This document shows positions 1 through 9,915 of a stretch of 64,000 bases of DNA, in pieces. The translations under genes and the position numbers were made by a program. The notes below the pieces were generated by a model. It was not told where the DNA came from, did not search any database, and saw only the letters and a program-made list of their open reading frames with translations. Numbering within the stretch: the first letter of the stretch is position 1; every line of letters begins with the position of its first letter. Source of the DNA: a virus; the IMG/VR virus record IMGVR_UViG_3300012984_000014, positions 52,462 to 116,461 of that record; one strand, written 5' to 3'.

Positions 1-2
1 GC

Positions 3-116
3 GGCATCGACCTCGGGGTGCCGATGCAATCCGAGATGCGCAAGCGCGCTGAAGATTACCGCAGTTTTTGGGGTCGTGACCCGTACTCGGGCAAACGGCT
101 GCGCGTGCTCCGATGA
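3..116 (+). CDS. 3' end of an upstream CDS (partial, unknown function)
   Basis: Open frame GIDLGVPMQSEMRKRAEDYRSFWGRDPYSGKRLRVLR* ends in TGA overlapping the next ATG (ATGA). Confidence 0.5.
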   Translation, partial: GIDLGVPMQSEMRKRAEDYRSFWGRDPYSGKRLRVLR

Positions 117-334
117 CGCCAGTGCTGCTTTGCGAGTACATCGTGGCCGGCGCGCTCGGGCTCGCCGGAGCCGTCTTCATTCTGGCTTGCCTCGCGGCGC
201 TCATCAAGTGGCTCTTCATCAAGCCGGATCCTGACGACGATGGCGACGAGGACGACGACGGCGAGGAGCGGCCCGCCGACTTCAAGGCGACGTCGAAGGC
301 AGCGGCCATGGCAGCATCGAAGGACACCAATTGA
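113..334 (+). CDS. small membrane protein with acidic tail
   Basis: Hydrophobic N-terminal segment, then DDDGDEDDDGEE; coupled overlaps on both sides. Confidence 0.6.
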   Translation: MTPVLLCEYIVAGALGLAGAVFILACLAALIKWLFIKPDPDDDGDEDDDGEERPADFKATSKAAAMAASKDTN

Positions 335-912
335 TCATCGTCCTCGAAGGCGTCAACGGAACGGGCAAGAGCACGTACGCGGAGAAGCTCTCCAAGGGCC
401 TCAACGCGCCCGTGCTCCGCCCGTTCCGGCAGGGTCCCGATCACCACTTCACCGGCACCACGAGCATCGAGCGCGAGCTGAAGGCGCTCGCCGTCCCGTA
501 CAACACGCACGTGGACGACATCTACACGGCGGACATCCTCGCGCGGCTGCTCAAGTTCAACAAGCACATCCCGGTCATCCTGGACCGCTCGGTGGGCAGC
601 GCGATAGCGCACGGGGAACGCCCGCTAAGGGACGCCGGGCGCCTGCTTGGGCTCTGGCAACAGCTGCTAGGTCCGGACACGCACGTGGTGTACGTTTGGC
701 TCACGGCGCCGTGGTCTGTAGCCAACCCTCGGTTGGCTCTCGATCGGCGCGGGCGCTTCACCGAGGAAGAGCACAAGCGGCTTCACGGGCTGTTTCGCTA
801 CGTGTTCGAGATGGTGCGATACACCAAGTTGGAGATCGACACCGCGAACGTCGATGCGAACGATGGCGTGAAGCAGATCGTCGAGTTGATGGGAATTGTC
901 CAAACTCGATGA
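331..912 (+). CDS. tmk: thymidylate/dNMP kinase-like P-loop kinase
   Basis: IIVLEGVNGTGKST P-loop and ILDRS motif typical of dTMP kinases; TTG start. Confidence 0.75.
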   Translation: MIIVLEGVNGTGKSTYAEKLSKGLNAPVLRPFRQGPDHHFTGTTSIERELKALAVPYNTHVDDIYTADILARLLKFNKHIPVILDRSVGSAIAHGERPLRDAGRLLGLWQQLLGPDTHVVYVWLTAPWSVANPRLALDRRGRFTEEEHKRLHGLFRYVFEMVRYTKLEIDTANVDANDGVKQIVELMGIVQTR

Positions 913-1219
913 ACTCAGAGCGAAACTCCGAACCGGCGAATTGGAAGCCGAGTTGGAGGCAAGGCGCGAGCAGTCCAACAGGATTTACAAGATAAATCCA
1001 TCGGGATCGGATGCGCTGATCAAGTTCGGGCGCCACCGCGGTCTTACCCTCCTCCAGATCAAGCAGAAAGAACCGGGCTATCTGGACTTCATTCGCAACT
1101 CGGACTTCCCCGAGGAGCTGAAGGACGTCGTGCGGTACATACAGACGATCACCGCGGCCAAGGAGATCTCCCTGGCGGCCGACTCGTTGACCGACTGGCT
1201 CAAAGGCGACAAGAAATGA
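896..1219 (+). CDS. hypothetical protein with ExoX C-terminal/DUF3820-like motif
   Basis: IKFGRHRGLTLLQI..EPGYLDFI resembles the FGK(H/Y)KG..I..DP.YL.W motif. Confidence 0.55.
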   Translation: MSKLDELRAKLRTGELEAELEARREQSNRIYKINPSGSDALIKFGRHRGLTLLQIKQKEPGYLDFIRNSDFPEELKDVVRYIQTITAAKEISLAADSLTDWLKGDKK

Positions 1220-4200
1220 CCGATACAACCGACGACTTCGTGCACCTCCACACGCACAGCGACATGAGCCAGCTGGACGGGTGCGGGAAGATCAGCGAGT
1301 ACGTCAAGACAGCGAAACTCCGCGGGCATAAGGCGCTCGCCTTCACGGACCACGGCACGATGCGCGGCGTGATGACGCACTACGAGCAGTGCAAGGAGGT
1401 AGGCATCAAGCCCATCTTCGGCACCGAGTTCTACGTGTCGAAGAACATGTTCAGGAAGGGCCTGACGGCGGAGGAGAAAGCCGAGCTGACCAAAGGCGCG
1501 AAGAAGGCGGACCACAAGGAGATCCTCCGCGCGTATGAGGACCACGAGGGCATCCGCGACCGTTGGCACATCACGTGCTGGGCGCAGACGAACGAGGGCC
1601 TGAAGAACCTGTACAAGCTCTCCAGCATGAGCTTCATTGATGGGTTCTACTACAAGCCGCGCATCGACCTCGCGACCCTGATCAAGCACGGTGCGGGCAT
1701 CCACGTCGCCTCTGGTTGCCTGTCGAGTCCGATCAACGACTCGTGGAACGAGGGTCGGAAGCGGGACGCGCTGAACTACGCCGATCAGCTTCAGGAGGCG
1801 TTCGGCGAGCGTTTCTGGTTGGAGGTTCAGCCACACGCCATCGATATTCAGTGCGAAGCAAACCGCCTGATGATGAAGCTCCACGATCGCTACGGCGGCA
1901 AGTCGCGCTACCTCGCGACGCAGGACGCCCACTATGTGGATCAGGCGGACGCGGAGCACCACGAAGTGCTGCTGTGCATCGGGACGGGCTCGAACCTGAG
2001 CGACCCGAAGCGCTTCAAGTTTGACGGCGATGAGTTCCACTTCCGGACGCGAAAGGAGATGTGGAACGCCTTCAAGCGCCACCACGACTTCTTGCCCGGT
2101 CGCTGCGTTAAAGAGGCATTAAATTCCACCATAGAACTAGCTGAATCTTGCACAGCGAAGATGGAGGTGGACTATCACAAGGTGTTGCTTCCAGACCCCG
2201 GCATCCCGGCAAAATATGCCGGTGACCCCTTTGCCTATCTGAAGGACGAGTGCGTGATGGGATGGGCTTGGCGGGACATCCCGACGCGCGCCCGGGCGTA
2301 CGCAAAGCGCGAAGGAATCACGCCTGTGGACGCCATCGAGCTGTACCGCGCGCGCCTGAAGATGGAGTTGAAGGCGCTGAAGGTGCAGCGGTTCGTCCCA
2401 TACTTCTTGATCATCCGTGACATCTACCGCTTCGCCCGGGAAGCCTCCATCATGGTCGGCCCAGGTCGTGGCTCCGTCGGTGGATCACTGATCGCCTACT
2501 TGTTGGGAATCGCGGCGACGGACCCGATTGAGCACGGCCTGATCTTCGAGCGCTTCATCAGCCCAACTCGTATCGACATGCCCGACGTGGACATGGACTT
2601 CGAGGACCGGCGACGCGGCGAGATCATCCAGTACATCAGGACCAAGTATGGCGACGACAAGGTGTGCCAGATAGCCACCATCGGCAAACTCTCCGGCAAG
2701 GAGTGCATCCGGTCCGTCTCGCGCGTCCTGGAGATCCCCCTGAACGAGGTCAATCAGGTCACGAACAGCATCATTGAACGGTCGTCCGGCGACGAACGCG
2801 CCAGCCAGACGATCGCCGACAGCTTCCGTGACTTCGAGATCTGCCGCGCCTTCAACAAGAAGTATCCCGAGGTGCTCCGTCACGCCCAAAAGCTCGAAGG
2901 CATGGCCAAGAACCTCGGAATCCACGCCGCTGGTGTCGTCGCCAGCCCTATCCCGCTCGTGGAGGCGATACCGCTGGAGGTCCGCAAGCACGCAGGCGGC
3001 GACATCGTCGTATCAGCATTCGACATGTATGGCGTGGCGGCCGCGGGGCTCGTAAAAATGGACGTGCTCGGCCTCCGAACGCTTTCTGTCGTCAAGGAGG
3101 CTTTGGAAGCCATCGAGGCTCGGCACGGCATACACATTGACCCCGAGCGACTGGATCTGAACGACCCTAAGGTGCTCGCTGGCTTCACGGCGCACGACTA
3201 CGGCGGCGTGTTTCAGTACGACACCCCGAGCGCGGACAAGGTTTGCATCGGCGTCAACTTCACGAGCTTTGAAGACGTCGCCGCGATGACGGCGCTCAAC
3301 CGGCCGGGCACGAGCCGCTCCGGCCTCGCAACCAAGTACGTGGAGCGCAAGAAGAACCCAAAATTGGTGGAAAAGATCGACTTCCACCCTGCCGTCTCCG
3401 CTATCACAAAGGACACACTGGGAATCATCGTCTACCAGGAGCACGTTCTGCGCATCTTCACCGACATCGCGGGTTTCGCTCCGGCGACTGCAGACAAGCT
3501 GCGCAAGACCATTGCCAAGAAGATCGGCGACGAGACGCTGGGAAAGGAGCGCGAGAACTTCGTGGAGGGCGCGATGAAGACCACGCCCGGGATGACGGAG
3601 GCGGTCGCCAACAAAATCATGGACGCGATCACGTTCTTCGGGTCGTACGGTTTCAATAAGAGCCACGCAACGGCCTACGGGATGATCGCCTATTGGTGCA
3701 TGTGGATCAAGGTCTACTACCCTGTGGAGTTTTACTGGGCGCTTCTCAAGAACGAGCCCGAGCGAATCCGAATCCAACAGATTGCCAAGGACGCGAAGAA
3801 ACACGGCATTGTGCTGTCTCCACCCCACGTTTCCTCGTCGTCTACCAACTTCAGCATCGACGGCGCGCTGGCCATTCGTGGCTCGCTCGTGGACATAAAG
3901 GGCGTGGGAGAGAAGGCCGCGCAAGCCATCATGGAGGCGCAGCCTTTCAAAGACATCATGGACTTCATCGCGCGCGTCGACCGTCGGCGCTGCAATCGCG
4001 GGGCTGTCGTGGCGCTCGCGAAAGCCGGCGCGCTCGACGGCCTGATGCCGAACATCAAGTGGTTCATCGAGAATGCAGACACGGTTTGGGACAAGCTCAC
4101 ATCGAAGCGGAAGCGGGACACAGGCGCGGCCGCGCTCGCGCTTCTGGAGGAGTCGAAGCTGACGGAGGACTACAACGAGGAGGACAAGCTGCTGGTAAGT

Positions 4201-5067
4201 TCGAAGGTTTCGCCGCTCGCATTCGGGCGTCACCCAATCGACGCCTATGCCTCTTTCATGGAGTCAGACATGAAGGTGGAGCTGGCGGAGATGGGCGCCG
4301 ACGACTACTTCAAGGAGTACAACAACCGCGGCCACTTCATCGCGGGCGTGATCGTGGAGGTCAAGTACAACCAGATCGGCGACTTCCACACCGGTCCCAT
4401 GCCGACCGAGCTGGAGCGCAAGCAGCAGTTCTGGGGCGCGCGCTACGCGAACGTCAACATTGAGGAGCGCTCCGGTAAGCAGAACCGGGTGAAGTTCGAT
4501 CACGACATCTTCGACGCGAACCGCCACATCATTGACAAGGGCGTCGGAACAGCAGTGATGGCCCATGTGACGGCGAGCGAATTCACGCAGACCCTCCGGG
4601 CCCAGTTCGCTATCGATGTGGATGACTTCCGGAAGCGTGCGCGCGCCTTCGAGCCGCTGACCATGTGGGAGACGATCGTCAAGGGTAAGCACCCCGCGAA
4701 GTTCTACCCGTGGCGTGACATCAAGCTCCGGAAGGCGCGCCTGCGCAATACTCTCTTCTGGGATCGGGACGCCGGCCCGTTCTGCGGTGTGGTCACGAAT
4801 GTTCGCCTGAAGTACGACAAGAAGGGCAATTGCATGGCCTACTTCGGGTTGATCGGCGGTGACCTCCGATACACAGACGTGATGTGCTTCGCGTCGTTGT
4901 GGGACGAGATCAGGCGTGTCGTGAAGGTCGGCCGGCTGATCAAGATCGATCTGGTGCGGAAAAAGGACGACTTCCGTGGCGGAAAAAGCGCCATGTTCGA
5001 AGGCGGCCGCGTGACGCATTTGAAGCGCGCACCATCATATTCAGCCGCGCTCGGCACGTCTGAGTAA
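1216..5067 (+). CDS. dnaE: DNA polymerase III alpha subunit (DnaE-type, family C)
   Basis: PHP motifs HLHTHS..S.LDG, TDHG, QDAHY; GPGRGSVGGSL; FERFISPTRIDMPDVDMDF; GIHAAGVV; YGFNKSHA. Confidence 0.97.
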   Translation: MTDTTDDFVHLHTHSDMSQLDGCGKISEYVKTAKLRGHKALAFTDHGTMRGVMTHYEQCKEVGIKPIFGTEFYVSKNMFRKGLTAEEKAELTKGAKKADHKEILRAYEDHEGIRDRWHITCWAQTNEGLKNLYKLSSMSFIDGFYYKPRIDLATLIKHGAGIHVASGCLSSPINDSWNEGRKRDALNYADQLQEAFGERFWLEVQPHAIDIQCEANRLMMKLHDRYGGKSRYLATQDAHYVDQADAEHHEVLLCIGTGSNLSDPKRFKFDGDEFHFRTRKEMWNAFKRHHDFLPGRCVKEALNSTIELAESCTAKMEVDYHKVLLPDPGIPAKYAGDPFAYLKDECVMGWAWRDIPTRARAYAKREGITPVDAIELYRARLKMELKALKVQRFVPYFLIIRDIYRFAREASIMVGPGRGSVGGSLIAYLLGIAATDPIEHGLIFERFISPTRIDMPDVDMDFEDRRRGEIIQYIRTKYGDDKVCQIATIGKLSGKECIRSVSRVLEIPLNEVNQVTNSIIERSSGDERASQTIADSFRDFEICRAFNKKYPEVLRHAQKLEGMAKNLGIHAAGVVASPIPLVEAIPLEVRKHAGGDIVVSAFDMYGVAAAGLVKMDVLGLRTLSVVKEALEAIEARHGIHIDPERLDLNDPKVLAGFTAHDYGGVFQYDTPSADKVCIGVNFTSFEDVAAMTALNRPGTSRSGLATKYVERKKNPKLVEKIDFHPAVSAITKDTLGIIVYQEHVLRIFTDIAGFAPATADKLRKTIAKKIGDETLGKERENFVEGAMKTTPGMTEAVANKIMDAITFFGSYGFNKSHATAYGMIAYWCMWIKVYYPVEFYWALLKNEPERIRIQQIAKDAKKHGIVLSPPHVSSSSTNFSIDGALAIRGSLVDIKGVGEKAAQAIMEAQPFKDIMDFIARVDRRRCNRGAVVALAKAGALDGLMPNIKWFIENADTVWDKLTSKRKRDTGAAALALLEESKLTEDYNEEDKLLVSSKVSPLAFGRHPIDAYASFMESDMKVELAEMGADDYFKEYNNRGHFIAGVIVEVKYNQIGDFHTGPMPTELERKQQFWGARYANVNIEERSGKQNRVKFDHDIFDANRHIIDKGVGTAVMAHVTASEFTQTLRAQFAIDVDDFRKRARAFEPLTMWETIVKGKHPAKFYPWRDIKLRKARLRNTLFWDRDAGPFCGVVTNVRLKYDKKGNCMAYFGLIGGDLRYTDVMCFASLWDEIRRVVKVGRLIKIDLVRKKDDFRGGKSAMFEGGRVTHLKRAPSYSAALGTSE

Positions 5068-5100
5068 AGAGAAGTCACCCCAATCAGGAGTCAATAGAAC

Positions 5101-5541
5101 ATGAGCGGAATCCAAGATGTGGCACGCGAGGCCGGGCTGAAGTCCGAGATCGTGGCCAACCTATTTGAAGCCATCCTGGCAGCAGTCTCGCGCGGCGAGA
5201 AGGTCCGGATCAAGGGCATCGGAACCTTCGAGCGCAAGCTGTACAAGGGGCGAACGCTCGTGACTCCTGCCGTGAACGACGGCGACCCGATCAAGTACCC
5301 CGACAGCTACGTGTTGAAGTTCCACCAGAGCCAACTGGCCAAGCGTCGCATCAATATCGTGGCCAAGAAGCAGCAAGCGTCGGAGGAGCCGAAGCCTTCC
5401 AAGAAGGAGAAGAAGGCAGCTGCGACCGCCGAATCTTCAAAGCCGGCGAAGAAGAACAAGACCACTCCGCCACCCGCGGCGGAGACCCCGAAGAAGAAAA
5501 ACAAGCCAAAGCGGGTGCCCGAGCCCGGCGAAGAGGAGTGA
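5101..5541 (+). CDS. HU/IHF-like DNA-binding protein with Lys/Pro-rich tail
   Basis: GEKVRIKGIGTFERK and VLKFHQSQ match the HU fold; C-terminal PAKK-rich extension. Confidence 0.8.
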   Translation: MSGIQDVAREAGLKSEIVANLFEAILAAVSRGEKVRIKGIGTFERKLYKGRTLVTPAVNDGDPIKYPDSYVLKFHQSQLAKRRINIVAKKQQASEEPKPSKKEKKAAATAESSKPAKKNKTTPPPAAETPKKKNKPKRVPEPGEEE

Positions 5542-5542
5542 A

Positions 5543-6145
5543 ATGCCTAAAGTGGACTTTTCAAAGAGGACGATCACGGTTCAAGGCACTGAGGTCGTTT
5601 TCGACACGCAGACGCACTTCCCGGTTCTGCCCGACCTGAGCGCGGAGATGGGCGGGATCGCGTCCGCGATGGCTTGGTGGGCGTCGGTATGGGCGGCCGC
5701 ATCAGCGGAGCAAATCGACGCCGATAGCTTCTATCGCCATTGGCGCGCGAAGAAGGCGGAAGAGTTCCGCGGCGCCGATCCGAAGCTCTCCGACGAGAAG
5801 CTGAAGGCCAAAATCGAGGCTCATCCGGAATTCCCCAAGATGAAGAAGGCCCTGGCGCTCGCTGAAGAGAATGTGGTCTTGGCCAAGGGTTGTTTCGTTT
5901 CCCTGGAGAAAAAGGGGAACATGCTTCAATCTCTCGGGGCCAACATCCGTAGCGAGTTGAGCAAGACTGGTCTTAGCACGCCATCGGAGCCAAAATCAGC
6001 GCCGCGCCGCTCGGTTCGTGAAGAAGCCGAGGACGAAACCGAACAACCGTGGGCGGAGCCCGACCCTAGCAAGGTCGCTGCCGGCGAAGAAAAGATGAAG
6101 AACACGTTCAAGGGTAAGGGCGGAGCTGCCCGTTTCAAGGAGTGA
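5543..6145 (+). CDS. possible UvsY-like recombination mediator
   Basis: Helical protein (..LKAKIEAHPEF..SLEKKGNMLQSLGANIRSE) next to SSB and RecA; resemblance by eye only. Confidence 0.4.
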   Translation: MPKVDFSKRTITVQGTEVVFDTQTHFPVLPDLSAEMGGIASAMAWWASVWAAASAEQIDADSFYRHWRAKKAEEFRGADPKLSDEKLKAKIEAHPEFPKMKKALALAEENVVLAKGCFVSLEKKGNMLQSLGANIRSELSKTGLSTPSEPKSAPRRSVREEAEDETEQPWAEPDPSKVAAGEEKMKNTFKGKGGAARFKE

Positions 6146-6148
6146 ATC

Positions 6149-7480
<1,332 letters not shown>

Positions 7481-7484
7481 GAAG

Positions 7485-8588
7485 ATGGCGGCGGCAAAAA
7501 AGCCCGCCCCGAAGACTGCCGGACTCGCCAAGAAAGCGGCTCCGGCAGTTCCTTCTTCGGATGGGCGCATCGTGAAACCAAACATCCGTGAGCTGCTAGA
7601 GGGCATGCGGAAGTCCATCGGCGAGGAGAACGTGCTGCTGCTCGGCGGTGGCGCGGAGGCGCTCAAGATCAAGGGCGTGATCTCCACTCGTGCGCCCGAG
7701 GTGGACGAGGCCATTGGACGTGGCGGGATACCTCTTGGAAGGATCTCGATCATACACGGCGGCGAGGGCTCCGGGAAGACGACTCTGTGCTTGCAAACCG
7801 TTGCCGAGTGCCAATATCAGGGCGGAGCCGGCGCGTATTACGACACAGAACACAAGTTGGATCCGGACTACGCCCAAGCGCTCGGAGTGGATAGCGACAA
7901 CCTGATCATCGTGCGTCCGGAGACGTTGGAAGGGTTCTTTGACTCTTCGCATTCGTTCATGGATCTGGTGATTGCACAGCGAAAGGAGACGGGCATCTGG
8001 GCGCCATGCATCATGGTCCTGGATTCCATCAATTCAACGATGGCCAAGTGCGTGGTCGAAGGCGACGCGGGCGATCAGCAATACGCGCCGGAGGCGCGCA
8101 TCTGGTCCAAGCAACTCTCCGACCTGAACCGGCGGATCTCGCAAGAGTCCGTCGCGCTCGTCCTAATCAGTCAGGTCCGCAAGAAGATCGGCATTCAGTT
8201 CGGCGACCCGGACGAGATTGCCGGCGGACAAGGTCCGAGGTTCTACGCCTCCCTGATCATGAAGGTGACCAGGACGGGCTCGGAGGTAGTCGACGGCGAG
8301 AAGACGGCCAACAAGACGCAGGTGGAGTGCAAGAAGAACCAGATCAGCCCTCCGTTCAAGAAGGCCCAAGTGCTGATCAAGTATGGAAAGGGCGTGGACT
8401 TCGCGCGCTCTCTTCTGAAAGTCGCCACCACGGCCGGCATCGTCGTGAAGACTGGGAACACGTACACGCTCGACGGCGAGAACATTGGCGTTGGCGAGGG
8501 TGCAGCGACCAAGTGGTTGCGAAAAAACACAGAGGCGCGCGCGCGCCTCAACAAGCAATGGCGTGAGTCGAAGGGCTGGCCGGTATGA
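7485..8588 (+). CDS. recA: RecA/UvsX recombinase
   Basis: GGIPLGRISIIHGGEGSGKTTL Walker A, DTEH, VLDS Walker B, QVRKKIG..FGDP, RFYAS, PPFKKA. Confidence 0.95.
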   Translation: MAAAKKPAPKTAGLAKKAAPAVPSSDGRIVKPNIRELLEGMRKSIGEENVLLLGGGAEALKIKGVISTRAPEVDEAIGRGGIPLGRISIIHGGEGSGKTTLCLQTVAECQYQGGAGAYYDTEHKLDPDYAQALGVDSDNLIIVRPETLEGFFDSSHSFMDLVIAQRKETGIWAPCIMVLDSINSTMAKCVVEGDAGDQQYAPEARIWSKQLSDLNRRISQESVALVLISQVRKKIGIQFGDPDEIAGGQGPRFYASLIMKVTRTGSEVVDGEKTANKTQVECKKNQISPPFKKAQVLIKYGKGVDFARSLLKVATTAGIVVKTGNTYTLDGENIGVGEGAATKWLRKNTEARARLNKQWRESKGWPV

Positions 8589-8785
8589 AGGCCAAGCATT
8601 GGTACGCGCCTGCTGGCGATGCTTGGCGTAATGATGCAGGTGTCCTCGTGAGTGATCACGGAGGCAATCAGTGGCTAAGAGTACACAGTTTCCAGTTGGA
8701 AAGGGAGGCCACGCTTGGTGATGTAAGGAAGGCTGCGGCTGCTCTTGGATTCGAGTTGGTAAAAGTAGGGAAGAAACAGGCATGA
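8585..8785 (+). CDS. hypothetical protein
   Basis: 66 aa; ATGA overlaps with both neighbours. Confidence 0.6.
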   Translation: MKAKHWYAPAGDAWRNDAGVLVSDHGGNQWLRVHSFQLEREATLGDVRKAAAALGFELVKVGKKQA

Positions 8786-9915
8786 AGACGTTTCGCGGGA
8801 CGATGATCAGTGATATTCATATGAGTAATCGGCTCATGGGCGCGCGCCCCGGACCGAACGGCGTGACGGACCGACTCCAGGACCAAATCGGCCTCTGGAA
8901 GAGGGTCCAAGAGTCGGCCCGCGAACACGGCTCCAAGGACATCTTCATCCTTGGGGACCTATTTGACAAGTCGCTCGTGGACGCTATCACGCTGACGGCG
9001 ACCGTCCGCGCGTTAGCAGAAGCGAGCGACATCACGCACTGGATCCTCCCCGGGAATCACGACGCTGTGAACACCCGGGGAGGGCGCTTCACGGTCGAAG
9101 CCTTCGGCGAGATGGGCAACGACCGGATCCGCTACATGAAGACCGGCGAGCGCTACGGCTTCGGCGCGGGAGACTGGTGTGGATTCTGGCCATTGGAGTA
9201 TGGCGACCAGGATCGATCGCGGGAGGCGTTGGAAGAGATAAAGTTCAAGGCCAAATCCAAGAAGGAGCCTTGGGGGCAAGAGAACCTGCTGCTTCACCAC
9301 AGTATCGTCGGTTGCAAGTTCGCCGATTGGGTTTGTGACGACGGATTGGAAGCTGCCGAGGTATGCGATGGATTCGATTGGGTATACAGCGGCCACTTTC
9401 ATGACACCCAGGAATTCGGCCACCGTGGAATGTATCTCGGAGCTCCGATGCACCATCGCTTCGAGGATGCGGGGCGTCCGGCAGGTTTCTGGAACATGAC
9501 TTGGGACAGCAAGGGCGGCTGCTTGAAGGACTTCATGGACGGTGCTTGCCCGCGGTTCCACGAAACAGAAGGCATTCTGGAAGATGTTCCGACCGGAGCC
9601 AATCTGGGCGACTACATCCGGCTCAACGTGACAGCGACGACGGCCGGTTGGGAGGACGTCAAGGCGGACGTTCGGGCGCGTGTCGAGGCTTGGAATAAGG
9701 CCGGCTACCGCGCGAGCTTCAAGCACAAGCCGGTCTACCACCATTCACGTCGCATCTCGGCGACGGAAGCGAAGAAGACAGGCGGGATGAGCGTGGAAGC
9801 GATGATGTCGGCATACGTGGAGTCGCCAGACGTCGACACGACCGGGCTGGACCTCGCGCGGCTCCGTCGGATCGGGCGCGAAGCGCTCGAAGCCGCGAAA
9901 GCGAAGGTGCTGTGA
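8782..9915 (+). CDS. sbcD: SbcD/Mre11/gp47-like metallophosphoesterase nuclease
   Basis: SDIH, LGDLFD, PGNHD, LHH and SGHFH motifs; adjacent to SbcC-like gene. Confidence 0.9.
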   Translation: MKTFRGTMISDIHMSNRLMGARPGPNGVTDRLQDQIGLWKRVQESAREHGSKDIFILGDLFDKSLVDAITLTATVRALAEASDITHWILPGNHDAVNTRGGRFTVEAFGEMGNDRIRYMKTGERYGFGAGDWCGFWPLEYGDQDRSREALEEIKFKAKSKKEPWGQENLLLHHSIVGCKFADWVCDDGLEAAEVCDGFDWVYSGHFHDTQEFGHRGMYLGAPMHHRFEDAGRPAGFWNMTWDSKGGCLKDFMDGACPRFHETEGILEDVPTGANLGDYIRLNVTATTAGWEDVKADVRARVEAWNKAGYRASFKHKPVYHHSRRISATEAKKTGGMSVEAMMSAYVESPDVDTTGLDLARLRRIGREALEAAKAKVL

